Assembly: GCA_963764625.1 (NCBI GenBank)
Contig: CAVXTH010000001.1
Coordinates: 96,001-160,000, forward strand
Length of the DNA stretch: 64,000 bases
Reading direction: 5' to 3'
Source: Candidatus Krumholzibacteriota bacterium
GTDB taxonomy: Bacteria > Krumholzibacteriota > Krumholzibacteriia > JAJRXK01
Shown here: positions 21,111 to 31,762 of the stretch, piece after piece
How the letters are laid out: the number at the start of each line of letters is the position of its first letter
How positions within the stretch are numbered: the first letter of the stretch is position 1
Made by a program: the position numbers and the translations under genes
The notes under the pieces: model-generated
Told to the model about the DNA's origin: nothing
Databases searched by the model: none
What the model saw: the letters and a program-made list of their open reading frames with translations, nothing else

Positions 21111-22640
21111 ATGTCCGGACTTTGGTCGAACCCCTGCCGCTCCCATCGCCGCCATCAAACAGCGCCAGAGTTCGGTACGCTCTGCTGCTGGTCGTCCGCC
21201 CGTCGCTGCCAAGTCAAGCGCGCTCCGCCGCCGCGCATTCGTCCATCGCCGTCCAGTCGGAAGCAGCTTCCACCCCAATGCGCTTGCTGCGCATGCATTT
21301 CGGCCGGACTGGGTGCCGCGCGGTGGATCAAGAACTCCGGGCCGCCGTGCGCAGCTGGCAATCCGCCGAGCACTGCGTCGTGCTCTGGTTCGCCGAGTTC
21401 AACCGGCGTCGACTCTATAAGGAACTCGGATACGGCAGCATCCATCTCTACGCGACCGAGGTTTTGGGATTCTCTCAGGCGCGTTCGTATCAATTTCTCC
21501 AGCTCGCAAAGCGCCTTCGCGACCTCCCCTCTCTCGAGAAGGCCGTGGATTCGGGCGAACTCGGCTGGACGAAAGCGCAGGTCGTCGCGTCCGTCGCAAC
21601 GCCCAGACCGAGGAGCGCTGGTTGAAGAAAGCGAGCGCCCTGAGCCGTCGCGAGTTGCAGGAAGAGATCGGCAGGGTCCGGCGGCGGACGAAGAGTGCAC
21701 TTCGCGCCAGCGACACTCAGATGCGGCTGGGATCCAAGAAGGAAGTGTCTCCCGCAGCGCGGATGGTTGTCGAGTGCCAGGCCAGAGCGTCAAGCGACTC
21801 GGCGAAGCCGGACTCGAGGGGCGACGAGGAAAGCAGTCGCGGGACACCGCTCGCACTTGCGAATCGCGAGGGAACTGGGGCCGATCACGGGTCTGAATCG
21901 GACTTCGGAAGCTCTGAGATCGTGGAGATGCCGCTCAGCGTCGGCCTGTCCTTTACGCCCGAGCAGTTTGCCCGCTATGAGGCGCTGGTAGCGAAGCTCC
22001 GGCAGCGCGGACATCGCGCGAAGAAGGCCGAGTTGATTCTCTCCGCTTGGAAAACTTGATTGAGCAACTCCGAACCGGCAACCACTGGCGACGATGGCGG
22101 TGGGAACCGTGCCCGCAGTGCTACGGTCGCGCAAAGTCCACTGGTTGCCCCAACTCCGAACTGACAACCACCCGCGGCGGCAGGGCGAAAACCGCCGGCA
22201 TCCGATCGCGGGCCCTGCATATCAGATTCACATTCAACACTGTCTGCGGTGCAAGGCCGCGACGGTCTCCACGAGCCAAGGCGACCGTCCCATCGACCGG
22301 GCCACCCTGCAGTCCGCGCTCTGTGATGCCAAACTACGTCGCGAGGAGCAGTCGGGTGGACAAGGCGAGTCTGGCGGGCGAGGTCCCTCCGGAAAGTCGC
22401 GCACCGTCTCCACCACCCCGCCGCGTTTCCGGCGCGAGGTGTTGGAGCGCGATCACTTTCGTTGTCGCATGCCGGGTTGTCGCAACCGGCAGTTCCTGCA
22501 GGTCCACCACATCGAGGCAAAAGAAGACGGCGGGAAACACCGCGCGAGCAACCTGGTCACTCTCTGTGGCGCGTGTCATCGGGCTCTGCACGCGCTGAGT
22601 GCGGCCCAGCGGCAAAAGGCATTGCGCCGGCCGCCCGAGC
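21111..22640 (+). CDS. DUF222-like (13E12-type) + HNH endonuclease, frameshifted; 3' end approximate
   Basis: RBS GAGGAGGT before ATG 21111; LYKELGYGSI..YA...LG..., GELGWTKA; HNH motif RDHFRCRMPGC...VHHI...GG...SNLVTLCGACHRALH. Confidence 0.8.
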
Positions 22641-25472
22641 TATTTCGAGTCGTCCGTGTCGTCTTCGCCGCTGGCACCGGCGTCGCCGGCGTCTGCCTTC
22701 GTCCCCCACAGGTGGTTCCAGTAGCTGTCGTCGCCTTTGAGCTTCTTGTCGAAGTAGGCCACGATGGTGCGGCTCCAGAGTTCGCGGCGGTCGTACCGCA
22801 AGATCCAGTGCTGCTCGCCGTTGATGCGGATGAAGTCGACGTCCTTGCCCAGAACCTTGAGCGCGGTGTAGAGCTGTTCGCTCTCGCCCGGTGGGACGTT
22901 GTTGTCGATGTCGCCGCACAGCAGCAAGATCGGGGTGTTGATCTTGTCCGCGCTGAACAGGCTTCCCTGCTTCACGTAGAACTCGGGGTCATTCCATGGG
23001 TACTTGCCGGCCGTGGCGACCGCGCTGTAGAACGCGCCCCAGTCGCCCTGCCCCCAGTACGATCCGATGAAGGAGATCCCGGCGTGGCTCACCGCGGCGG
23101 AAAACAAATCGTAATGGCTCACCAGATACATGGTCTCGAAGCCGCCGAAGCTCGCGCCGATACAGCCCACCTTCTTGGCGTCGACGAAGGGGTGGGCCGC
23201 CAGGAATTTCTCGGTGCCCTCGATGATGTCCTGGGCCGAACGCTTGCCCCAGTCGTTCACGTGACGCGCGCTGAACTCCTGACCGAAGCCGGTTGCCCCG
23301 CTGGGCTCGGGCACGTAGATCACGTACCCGTTGGCGGCCCAATAGTTCTTGGGATAGCGCCCCCCAAAGTCGCGCGTAATGGGCACAGTTCCCCCGTAGT
23401 AGTAGACGAGGCACGGCCACTTTTCGGCCCGTTTCGGGTCGAAGTCGGGCGGATAGTAGACTCGACCGATGATGGTGGTGCCATCGCTCGCGGTGAAGTT
23501 CCAGTCCTCCACCTTGCCCAGATCGATGCGGTCGAAGCGCGCGCCGTTGGGATCGGCCAGGAGTTTGGGGCTTGGCCTTCACCTCGGCCGCTTGCACGAA
23601 AATGCGCTCGTGCTCACTGCAGGATTCCGCGACATAAGCGAGGGTCGATCCGTCGCGACTCACCGTGAGGTGACTCGCCACCGCGCCCGCGCAGTTCAGC
23701 TTCACGATATCCTTGCTCTTGGCGTCGAGACGATAGAGGAGATCCCTGTCGGCCGTGGTCGCGATGAAGTACAGCGCGTTGTCCTTCTTCGACCATTCGA
23801 ACGAGCCCACTGCGGGATCGAACTCGCGCGTGAGCGCTTCGACTTTTCCGCTGGCGCGGTCCACCGAGTAGAGCTGGTAGTCGTAGTCGTTGGGGATGAC
23901 TCCCTCGGGCAGGTTCACCCCGATCGTTCCGAATGCATCGGGCCCGCCTTCCACTACGATGCCCCTGCCATCGGGCGCATAGCGCGCGGTGTAGGCCCAC
24001 TTGCTGTCGAATGCCTTCTTGCTCCTGAGAGTCTTCAAGTCGAGCTCGTAGAACTCCTGCACACTGAATGGGCGCTCGGTGGTTCCGAATACCTCGCGCG
24101 AGAAGAGCAGAGTCGAAGAATCCGGGCTGATGTCCTGCAGGCTCGTCGCCTCCGCCCCCGCGGTGAGGCGGTGACTCGCCCCTGCCGGATACGACGCGAG
24201 GTACAGATAGCTGCGGTCGCGGTAGGTGGCCCAGCGGTCGGCGAGATTCTCGTAGTGCTTGAATTCCTTGTGCTTGCGCTCCTCCTTGTGGCTCACGGTG
24301 TACACCACCGCGCTGGCGTCCGGAAGCCAGCGGTACGAACCAAAATGTTCCACGTCCTTCAGCACGCTCAGGGTGGGACTGCCGTCGAGATCGGCCACCC
24401 ACAACGTGGTCTTCTTGTCGTCCTTGGTGGTGAAACTGTACCGGTGCCCCGGCCCCGGTACCCAGGCGAAGCTCGAAGGCCCATCGTCGCCCTCGAAGGA
24501 GCGCACCAGAGTTCCGTCCTTGGTATCCCGAATCTCGTACCACTTCTTGCGATCGTCGCGGGGCACCGCGGGCGAGCTCAGCTGATAGGCCAACAGCTCA
24601 CCGTCGTTGGAGAGCTCGAGCCCGTTGATTCCTCGCGCATCGAGCAGCTCCGCCACCTCGAGTTGGTGTCGGGGGGAGAGATCCGTCGCGACTCTCACGC
24701 CAGCGTCCGGCGCGGCCATCTTCACTTTCGCCGACAGGGTCCACTCCTTGGCGCCCAGCGGGTCATGCACCGCGCGCACGACGATCCGATGCTTGCCCCG
24801 CAAGAGTTTCAGATCGACGGTGGCCGGTTCCTTGTCCGTCTTGTCCTTCACCTTCTCGCCATCGAGGTAGACCTGCAGCAGATGTTGGCTCTCGAGCACC
24901 AATTGCGCGGGACTGTAGCGATCGACGCTCAGATAGAACGCGGCCAGACACTGATAGGGAAGTTCGGCCGCGCCCCCGTCCTTGGACTGCGTGGCTGATT
25001 GCGCGCTGCTCTTCAGAAGGGGTGACAGATCCAGCGCGCCCCCGGAGGCCTTGGCCTGCTTCCACTCCACCGTTGCGCGCGGCCAATTCCATTTCGTGCC
25101 GGCGGAGGGGTAGGCCTCACTCACATCGATCGCATCCTGTCCGAGCAGGTCCTTCAACTCGATCTCGTGTCCCGCCTCGCGGGACAGCGCCGGCAGGGGC
25201 AGAGCCGAAGACGGAGTCACCAGCCACGACACCACCGGGATCTCGCGTCCCTGCGCCTCGTCGGCCGCACGGGCCGCACTCGCCGATGCCAGCCAGAACA
25301 GGGTGAGCAGGAAGCCGACCGTTCCGAGCGCGCGGGAGAGGCCGCGAGCCGAGCTGCGCCACGAGCTGGGGGACGACACGGAGTGGCCATGCCGGGCAGA
25401 GGAGGCGTGCCGGGCAGAGGAGGTGTGCCGGGTCGATCGGGCCGTGAGCCGGGTGAAAAAGCGCAAACGCAT
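22640..25472 (-). CDS. S9-family (prolyl oligopeptidase / acylaminoacyl) peptidase, secreted; indel near 23560
   Basis: Beta-propeller followed by YYYGG, GASFGG (Ser), GDIDNNV (Asp), GEQH (His). Confidence 0.9.
25390..25432. repeat. 18-bp tandem repeat (about 2.4 copies) in the peptidase N-terminal region
   Basis: tgccgggcagaggaggcg / tgccgggcagaggaggtg / tgccggg, encoding RHTSSA-RHASSA. Confidence 0.7.
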
Positions 25473-25509
25473 GTCGTTCCTTTCGAGAGCGACTCTTCGA
25501 GAGTCAGCT

Positions 25510-25935
25510 TCAGTCATCTTCGAGTCGTGGCTTGGGAACGCGCATTCCCTGCTTTTCGAGTTCAATCTGCCGCATCGCCACCATGCCCTGCAGGACGGTC
25601 TCGCGCTCGAGCGTCGACTCGATTTGGGGGTCGTAGACCTCCCACCCCGTCCAACCCTGCATCATGAACACGATGGCAAAGACCTGAGGTCCGCGCGCGC
25701 GCACCCAGGCTCGCGGGATCGAGACTTCGATGGAGTGCATAAAATCCGCTGGAGTCTCGGGCGACAGCCGAATCGTCATCACGCCGTGTTCGTCCTCTTC
25801 CCCGAAGTGGAAAAAGCGCTCAGCTTGCGACGAAATTCCCGGCACCGACAGCAACTTATCCTGCACGGAGGCACCCTCGAGCTGTGGGCTCTGTCCTTCG
25901 CGCGGCCGCAACAGAATGCGGTAATTCTCGCTCAT
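25510..25935 (-). CDS. Hypothetical protein (141 aa)
   Basis: ATG at 25935 in an ATGA overlap with the upstream gene; globular composition (TGWEVYDPQ). Confidence 0.65.
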   Translation of the reverse strand: MSENYRILLRPREGQSPQLEGASVQDKLLSVPGISSQAERFFHFGEEDEHGVMTIRLSPETPADFMHSIEVSIPRAWVRARGPQVFAIVFMMQGWTGWEVYDPQIESTLERETVLQGMVAMRQIELEKQGMRVPKPRLEDD

Positions 25936-27983
25936 TTCAAGATGACCAGTTTCCCGGTCTGCGTTTCTCCGGTATCGAGATTCTCGACCGCGAAGACATA
26001 GAGGCCGGGCGCCAGCGCGCGCGTGTTCTCGCTCAGCATGTCCCACTTTACTTGCCCGGTGGAATCGTCGTCGCGCTGCAGCTTGTCCACCAGGGTGCCG
26101 CTGACGTTGTAGATGGAGATGATCGCGCGGGGAGGGACGTTGGTGAAGAAAATGTTCCGGCCCAATTCCGCCGGCTCTCCGGTGGGACGGCGTGCGTCGA
26201 AGAGTGAGCTGCCGCGGTAGGGATTGGGATACACGCCCACCGGATTGGGATTGGAGCCTCCGCCCGGCGCGGAACCGGGAGTGATCAAAATGGAATTTTC
26301 GTTGAAGCCGCTCTCGAGTTCTTCCAGGCCCAGTCGCGGCCGGCGGTTCGCGTAGGAAGTGACGGCGTACCAGTAGGAGAAGCCGTCACGCACCCCGCGA
26401 TCGATGAATTCGCGTTTGCCGTCCGCCGTCATGTGCGGCAGACCGAGGTTGTAACCCCAGGTATCGGGAGTTCCATCCGGCCAGGTCACGCGATCGAACT
26501 CCGCGATCAACGAAGCCTGTTTGAACGGATCACCGGTGATCTCCTTGCCGTCGATGCGGTAGACGCGATAGCCCTGGAAGTCGTAATCGCCCGTGAACTC
26601 GCTGCGATGGTATTCCGGGGAAGCGGTGGTGGGATCGTAGGTGTCGCCCGGCTCGGTTCCGGGATTCCAGCGCAGTATGACTTCGTTATCTTTCGTGCTC
26701 ACTTCCAGAATGGGACTGGGAGGACCCGAGGGAAGCTGAAAGCCGGCGTCGAACGTGCTCTGCGCCACCTGACTGTTGTTCACCATCGAAGAACTGTCGG
26801 GTCCCGCCACCATCGCGATCGTGAAGTGCGCCTGGTCCCCCGGCAAGAGCACGTCCCACGGACCCACCGCGAGCATTGAAGTCCAGTTGCCGTCGGCATT
26901 GAAGTTGTTTCCCTGGCCGTCGTTTCCGCGATCGATCTTCCCGGAAGACATGAACTCGTACTTGCCTTTGTCCAGACGGCGGCGCGCGTCGTTGAAACGC
27001 CATTGCCGGTACGAGAGGGTGGGCCGTACTCCGTCGTAACCCAGAATCCGGCATCCGGCCCAGGACTCGGCCTTGCCGCCTTCCCCGTCGGCGTCGTGGC
27101 ACCACATGATGCGAGAGTCGGGGTCGTTGCCGTAGTCACCTGGCGCGATGAAACCGTTGCGGTCGTCGTAGAAATTCCAGCCGTTGGTTTCGTCGCCGGG
27201 AATGGTGACGGTGGTGTTGCCGACGCTGAGCTCGTTGTACCAGCCGATGTAGACCTGACTCAGTTCCTGGTCGCTCACGTTCTCCACCGTGAAATCGAGG
27301 ATGACGAAATCGTCGGCGTAGGGGGGCGCGTAGGCGAGCACCTTGGTGTCGACGCGCAAGCCCATCGCGATGTGGGGATCGTCGTTACTCGAGTCGCCCG
27401 GACCCAACTCGTCGTAGATGGAGAAATCGAATTCCTGATCGGCGAGAGCGGTGGTGGAGAAACTGGGACTCAGGGGATTGGTGGAGAGTTTGACGATGCT
27501 GTCTTCGGGACGCGGGCCGAATTCCTGCGTGGGTGAGGACTGACCCGAACTCGTGTCGTCCGCCCCGGCCGAGACCAAGGAATCCCCCTCGGCCGTGACC
27601 GCACCCACCCAGATTCCCCCCACGAACATGTGCTCCACGTTCGAGTTCAGGGGGTATTCGAAACTGGGAGAGGCGAGGGTGGGATTGAGCAGATTGCCGA
27701 AGTAGCCCACGTTGGTCACGTTCAGGCCCACCGCGCCGACGTTGGTGTAGACCGAGGTCGCGGTGCGTTTGAGCGCAACCGGATCGAATTTCCAATTTCC
27801 CGGCCCCGCCGTGGCCAACCGCACTGTCAGAATGTCCAACCCGAGCAGAGCGACCACCAAAAGCGGGACGGCGCACAGCACCTGGCGGAGGCGCCGCGGG
27901 CGATCAGACCCGCGTGCTCGCAACGATCGAGGGAAGAGCGGAAGCTCGGGGAAGCGAATCATCCATGTCCGGCGCGGCATCAT
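25932..27983 (-). CDS. Secreted protein with FN3-like domain and T9SS-like C-terminal domain
   Basis: TNVGYFGN...FEYPLNSNVEHMFVGGIWVGA; DFQGYRVYR; YWYAVTSY; CTD VYPNPY...ISIYNVSGTLV...WD...APGLYVF...GKLVILK. Confidence 0.8.
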   Translation of the reverse strand: MMPRRTWMIRFPELPLFPRSLRARGSDRPRRLRQVLCAVPLLVVALLGLDILTVRLATAGPGNWKFDPVALKRTATSVYTNVGAVGLNVTNVGYFGNLLNPTLASPSFEYPLNSNVEHMFVGGIWVGAVTAEGDSLVSAGADDTSSGQSSPTQEFGPRPEDSIVKLSTNPLSPSFSTTALADQEFDFSIYDELGPGDSSNDDPHIAMGLRVDTKVLAYAPPYADDFVILDFTVENVSDQELSQVYIGWYNELSVGNTTVTIPGDETNGWNFYDDRNGFIAPGDYGNDPDSRIMWCHDADGEGGKAESWAGCRILGYDGVRPTLSYRQWRFNDARRRLDKGKYEFMSSGKIDRGNDGQGNNFNADGNWTSMLAVGPWDVLLPGDQAHFTIAMVAGPDSSSMVNNSQVAQSTFDAGFQLPSGPPSPILEVSTKDNEVILRWNPGTEPGDTYDPTTASPEYHRSEFTGDYDFQGYRVYRIDGKEITGDPFKQASLIAEFDRVTWPDGTPDTWGYNLGLPHMTADGKREFIDRGVRDGFSYWYAVTSYANRRPRLGLEELESGFNENSILITPGSAPGGGSNPNPVGVYPNPYRGSSLFDARRPTGEPAELGRNIFFTNVPPRAIISIYNVSGTLVDKLQRDDDSTGQVKWDMLSENTRALAPGLYVFAVENLDTGETQTGKLVILK

Positions 27984-28046
27984 TTTCCTGGGAAGCGGTT
28001 CGGGCTCGTTCTAGGCTTCACGAAAGCGTAGTCCCACCCCGCGATC

Positions 28047-29351
28047 GTGTCCAGGTTCCCTATGCTCCGCCCCCTTCGACTCTTGCTCTGCGTTCTTCCG
28101 TTGCTCTCGCTCGCGGGTTGCACCAACCGCGAGAACGCCTCGAAGGACCCTCGAGATGCCGGGGCGATCGCCAGCCGATCCACGGGTGTCCCCGCTTCGT
28201 CGGCGAAGACATCCGCGGGTGATTCGGTGAGTCTTCACCTCCAGTTCGACTTCGAAGGGGGACGGGTTCTCCTCGCCGGCAGGGAGCCCCCAGAGACCTC
28301 ATCCTCCCCTGGCTCACTGTCTGCGCGTCTGGCAGGGGGCGAAGCCGCTGATCTCGAGGAGTTTCGCATTCTCTTGGCCCGGCAGGCCCTGCAGCGCACC
28401 GCGCTGGATGCAACGGAAGCAGACCGGCTGAACTATCTGGCCCACGATCTGGGCCGGCGCCTCCTGGGGCCTTTGGCCGCCGTCCTCGCCCGCGCGCCCC
28501 GCTGGACCGTGAGCCCTCTGGCCGCCGCGCCCCTGGAGGCGCTCGTTCTGCCCTGGGGTGCCGGCGAGACTTTAGTCGTGGAGCGAGTCGTCGTGAGCTA
28601 TGAGCTACCCGCCGCGGGGCAGAGAGCCACGCGGAAGGCGCAGCGGAGCGCCGCGGATCCGGCGAGTCCTGCGCATTCGAAGGAGCCCGAGTCCGGAGCG
28701 AGACAGGGACTCCTGGTGCTCATTCCCTACACGCCCGACCTCACCCCGGTGCAAGACGACCCGGATACTCTGCTCTGGACCCTGCGGCCTCGAATCCGCC
28801 GCGTGTTCACCGTGCCCCGCATCGAGACCACTCCCAAAGAGATCGAGGCGGCGTTGCACTCCGCGGACGCGGACTATTCGCTCATTCTCCTGCGGGCGCG
28901 CCCCGAGGAGGCCCAACCACTCCTTCCCACCCTCGTTCACACTTCTTCTTTTCTCTGGTGGGTGCGTCCGCCCCGCGAGTCGCAATCCCGCAACTATCGA
29001 GGTGAGGCCGCGACGCGCGCGCGCTGTCTAGACCAGGTGACACGCCTGGCGACTTCGAAGCGCGGCCTCGCGGTGGATCTGTGGCCGCGTGACGATGAGA
29101 CGATGAAGCATACCGCCGACGAGTGGATCGCGGCGTTGCAGGCCGGCGATGCTCCGGCGCTCGCCCTCACCGAGGCCAAGCGCGTCCTCGCTGCCGAGGA
29201 TCCCCTACGTCCCGGGCTTTGGGCAGGATGGATCGCGGTAGGAGAGGTGGACACCCCGCTGCGGCTGTCGCGGCCCGGATTTCTCCGGCGCATCCTCTCC
29301 TCAGCCATAATGGGGCCGCGCGCCAGCTCTCGCCGATCCAGTAATCGGTGA
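28047..29351 (+). CDS. Lipoprotein with degenerate CHAT-like domain
   Basis: Lipobox LAGC; LGRRLLGPL, PLEALVLP, DLWPRDD, ALALTEAK, WAGWIAVG follow the CHAT scaffold. Confidence 0.55.
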   Translation: MSRFPMLRPLRLLLCVLPLLSLAGCTNRENASKDPRDAGAIASRSTGVPASSAKTSAGDSVSLHLQFDFEGGRVLLAGREPPETSSSPGSLSARLAGGEAADLEEFRILLARQALQRTALDATEADRLNYLAHDLGRRLLGPLAAVLARAPRWTVSPLAAAPLEALVLPWGAGETLVVERVVVSYELPAAGQRATRKAQRSAADPASPAHSKEPESGARQGLLVLIPYTPDLTPVQDDPDTLLWTLRPRIRRVFTVPRIETTPKEIEAALHSADADYSLILLRARPEEAQPLLPTLVHTSSFLWWVRPPRESQSRNYRGEAATRARCLDQVTRLATSKRGLAVDLWPRDDETMKHTADEWIAALQAGDAPALALTEAKRVLAAEDPLRPGLWAGWIAVGEVDTPLRLSRPGFLRRILSSAIMGPRASSRRSSNR

Positions 29352-31575
29352 CGACCGAGAGCGCACGGCTGGCTCGATCGATCTTGCGGTAGACCGGCAG
29401 TCCCGCGCGCTCGAGCAGCAGCACGCTGGGATCGTAGAGCCTTCCTGAGTCGATCACGACGACCATGGGTTTGTCGATCTCCTTGCTCACCCGAATGAGC
29501 TCGCTGGGCAGCGAATGCATCGAAAAGATGTTCTCGCTGTGCTGACCGCTGAGATCGGGGGCGAGAATGTCCAGGCCCGGCGTGGCGGGAATGGCGGAGA
29601 CGACCAAAGCGTCCACTTCTTCCGCGTGCGCCAGAATCTCCACCGCCTTGATGAACGGACGCGTTCCCGCCATCGGCGTGGCATCCACCGGATTGCCGAC
29701 GTGCGCGATCTCCGGCAGCACCGCGCGTAACTGCGCCCGGGTCTGCTCGGAGAGCTCGGTTAGATTGAGGCCGTAGAGATGGTCGCTGACCGCTCCCGCC
29801 TCGAAACCCGCGTTCGTAATGACGCCCAAGCGGCGCTCCTTCGCCCGCTTGGAACCGAGCATGGTGAGAATCTTGGTGTAGTCTTCGAATTGATTCAGAG
29901 TCTCGCACACGATCGCGCCAGCTTCCTGCAGCATGACGCGCGCGATTTCGTAGTCACCGGCGATACTCGCGGTATGACTGGCCGCCGCCTTGGCGCCTCC
30001 GGCCGTCTTACCTGCCTTGTATACCACCACCGCCTTGTTCTCCGCGGTGGCTCGCCGCACCAGCTTCAGAAAGCGCTCGCCCTCCGACGGTTGGAAGCCC
30101 TCGATGTAAAAGCAAAAGACCTGCGGATCGTTCTCGTAGTCCAGGTAGTACTGGAGAAAATCGCTGGCGGTGAGATCCATCTCGTTACCGTAGGAAATGG
30201 AGACACGCGGGAAGATGATTCCGTCCAGATTGGAAGTGAAGCTGACCAGATACGCACCCGACTGACTGACCGCCACCAGATTGGTGCCCGGCGCTTTGTG
30301 GAAGGGCAGCTTGTAGTGGGGTAAGAAGAAGGTGTTGTACTCGCGCTTGGAGACGATGCCGAGGCAGTTACCACCGACCATCACCGGTCCGCCGTCCGCG
30401 TGCTCGCGGGAAGCGGCCAGGCTCTGTTCGATGCGGTTCGCCAGTTCGCTCTGGCCCGTTTCAGCAAAACCTCCCGGAATGAGGATGATGCTGCGCGCCT
30501 TGGACGTGGCGATCAATTCCTCGATCGCGCTAGGGGCGCTGGACGCTGGAATCGACACCACCGCGAGGTCGACTGCTTCGGGCAGTGCCGAGGCGCTGGC
30601 GACACAGGGAACCCCGTCGATGCGATCGGCCTTGGGATGGATGGCCCAGAGCTTTCCGTAAGTGATGCCATCGCTGCGTTTCAGATTGTCCAGGATGATC
30701 CGCCCCGCGTTCATGTTCTTGGACGAGGCGCCGTAGACCACGGCACTGCGCGGATGGAGCAGATTGGCGATACGCGCAATTGGCCGGGGGATGCGTCCGC
30801 GGCCGGGGGTGGGCGCGATCGAAGCCAACGCATCCAGCGCCAGAAGGCGCCCGTCGCGCGCCACTACCGGATTCAATTCGAGTTCCTCGAGGCGGGGCGC
30901 TCCGATTTCGGTCTTCGCCTGGAAGACGCGAGCCAGATTTTCCAGAGCCTTGCCCAGAATCTCCGCGTTCAGCGGCGCGGCTTTGTGCAAACGGCTGGGC
31001 GCGAGCGCGATCGCCCCCAGCGCCGAAGCCGCCAAACATTCCATTTCCCGTTTCCGGTCGAAGGCGTCCGCACTCATGATCATGTGCGCGCGACCCTTTG
31101 CGAGATCGCCGTACCACTCGCTCAAGAGTCCGCCAAGTCCGAACATCAAGTAGGGCCCCATCGCGGGATCACGACGCGCGCTCAGAATGAACTCGCTGCC
31201 CGGCAGATCCGCCCCCACCTGAATGCGTTCCACCACCAGTATGCCCTTGATTTCCGCGCCCTTGGCCCGTCGCGCGACCTCTTTCTCCATCGCCTCAGCA
31301 GCGACAGCCACCGCGTCCTTCTCGCACGCCACCATGCGAATGCCCCCGACGTCGCTCTTGTGAAGGATCTGCGGGGAGACGATTTTCAGAACCACTTCCT
31401 CGGCTTTGAGCGCGTCGAGTTGCGCGCGCGTCGGATGCTTCCCCTTCTCAAGAAAGAAGTGCCGCGGCGTCTCGATGCCGAGCTCCTCCAGGAAAGCATA
31501 GGCTTCTGCTTCCAGGAGACGGTCGCGTCCCTGCTCGTGGACACTCTGCAGGATTTCGTGAAGGGAAGCGGACAT
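29167..31575 (-). CDS. ADP-forming acetate/acyl-CoA ligase (beta-alpha fusion); 3' end uncertain
   Basis: ATP-grasp VLKIVSPQILHKSDVGGI, ELNP; CoA-binding GGNCLG, SQSGA, SYGNEMDL, SHTASIAG. Confidence 0.9.
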   Translation of the reverse strand: MSASLHEILQSVHEQGRDRLLEAEAYAFLEELGIETPRHFFLEKGKHPTRAQLDALKAEEVVLKIVSPQILHKSDVGGIRMVACEKDAVAVAAEAMEKEVARRAKGAEIKGILVVERIQVGADLPGSEFILSARRDPAMGPYLMFGLGGLLSEWYGDLAKGRAHMIMSADAFDRKREMECLAASALGAIALAPSRLHKAAPLNAEILGKALENLARVFQAKTEIGAPRLEELELNPVVARDGRLLALDALASIAPTPGRGRIPRPIARIANLLHPRSAVVYGASSKNMNAGRIILDNLKRSDGITYGKLWAIHPKADRIDGVPCVASASALPEAVDLAVVSIPASSAPSAIEELIATSKARSIILIPGGFAETGQSELANRIEQSLAASREHADGGPVMVGGNCLGIVSKREYNTFFLPHYKLPFHKAPGTNLVAVSQSGAYLVSFTSNLDGIIFPRVSISYGNEMDLTASDFLQYYLDYENDPQVFCFYIEGFQPSEGERFLKLVRRATAENKAVVVYKAGKTAGGAKAAASHTASIAGDYEIARVMLQEAGAIVCETLNQFEDYTKILTMLGSKRAKERRLGVITNAGFEAGAVSDHLYGLNLTELSEQTRAQLRAVLPEIAHVGNPVDATPMAGTRPFIKAVEILAHAEEVDALVVSAIPATPGLDILAPDLSGQHSENIFSMHSLPSELIRVSKEIDKPMVVVIDSGRLYDPSVLLLERAGLPVYRKIDRASRALSVVTDYWIGESWRAAPLWLRRGCAGEIRAATAAAGCPPLLPRSILPKARDVGDPRQRGRAWPR

Positions 31576-31687
31576 GAGGGAACTCCATCAAGGTGAGGAG
31601 GCGCGGGAGGCCACGGGGAGCCCCCAGGTAGAATCTCGGGCCGAAGAGTGCTCCTTCCAAGCCCTTTTTTGAGCCGCTGGCAAACCG

Positions 31688-31715
31688 AAGGCCCGGCGGG
31701 ATTCCACCGGGCCTT
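31688..31715 (-). terminator. Probable intrinsic terminator hairpin downstream of the OB-fold/FlgD gene
   Basis: AAGGCCCGGTGG...CCGCCGGGCCTT stem on the minus strand, followed by CGGTTT. Confidence 0.55.
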
Positions 31716-31762
31716 TGGCGTCGCGTGATGAGTGACTCCGCGCGGGAAACCCGCACCGCGAG

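Noticed and set aside
21111-22640. IscB/Cas9-like RNA-guided nuclease
   Set aside because: No PLMP or split RuvC motifs and no CRISPR repeats were seen; only the HNH is shared.
22094-23668. 524-aa ORF suggesting HNH fused to a long C-terminal domain
   Set aside because: Everything after ~22640 is the antisense shadow of the S9 peptidase; the true stop was probably lost to an indel.
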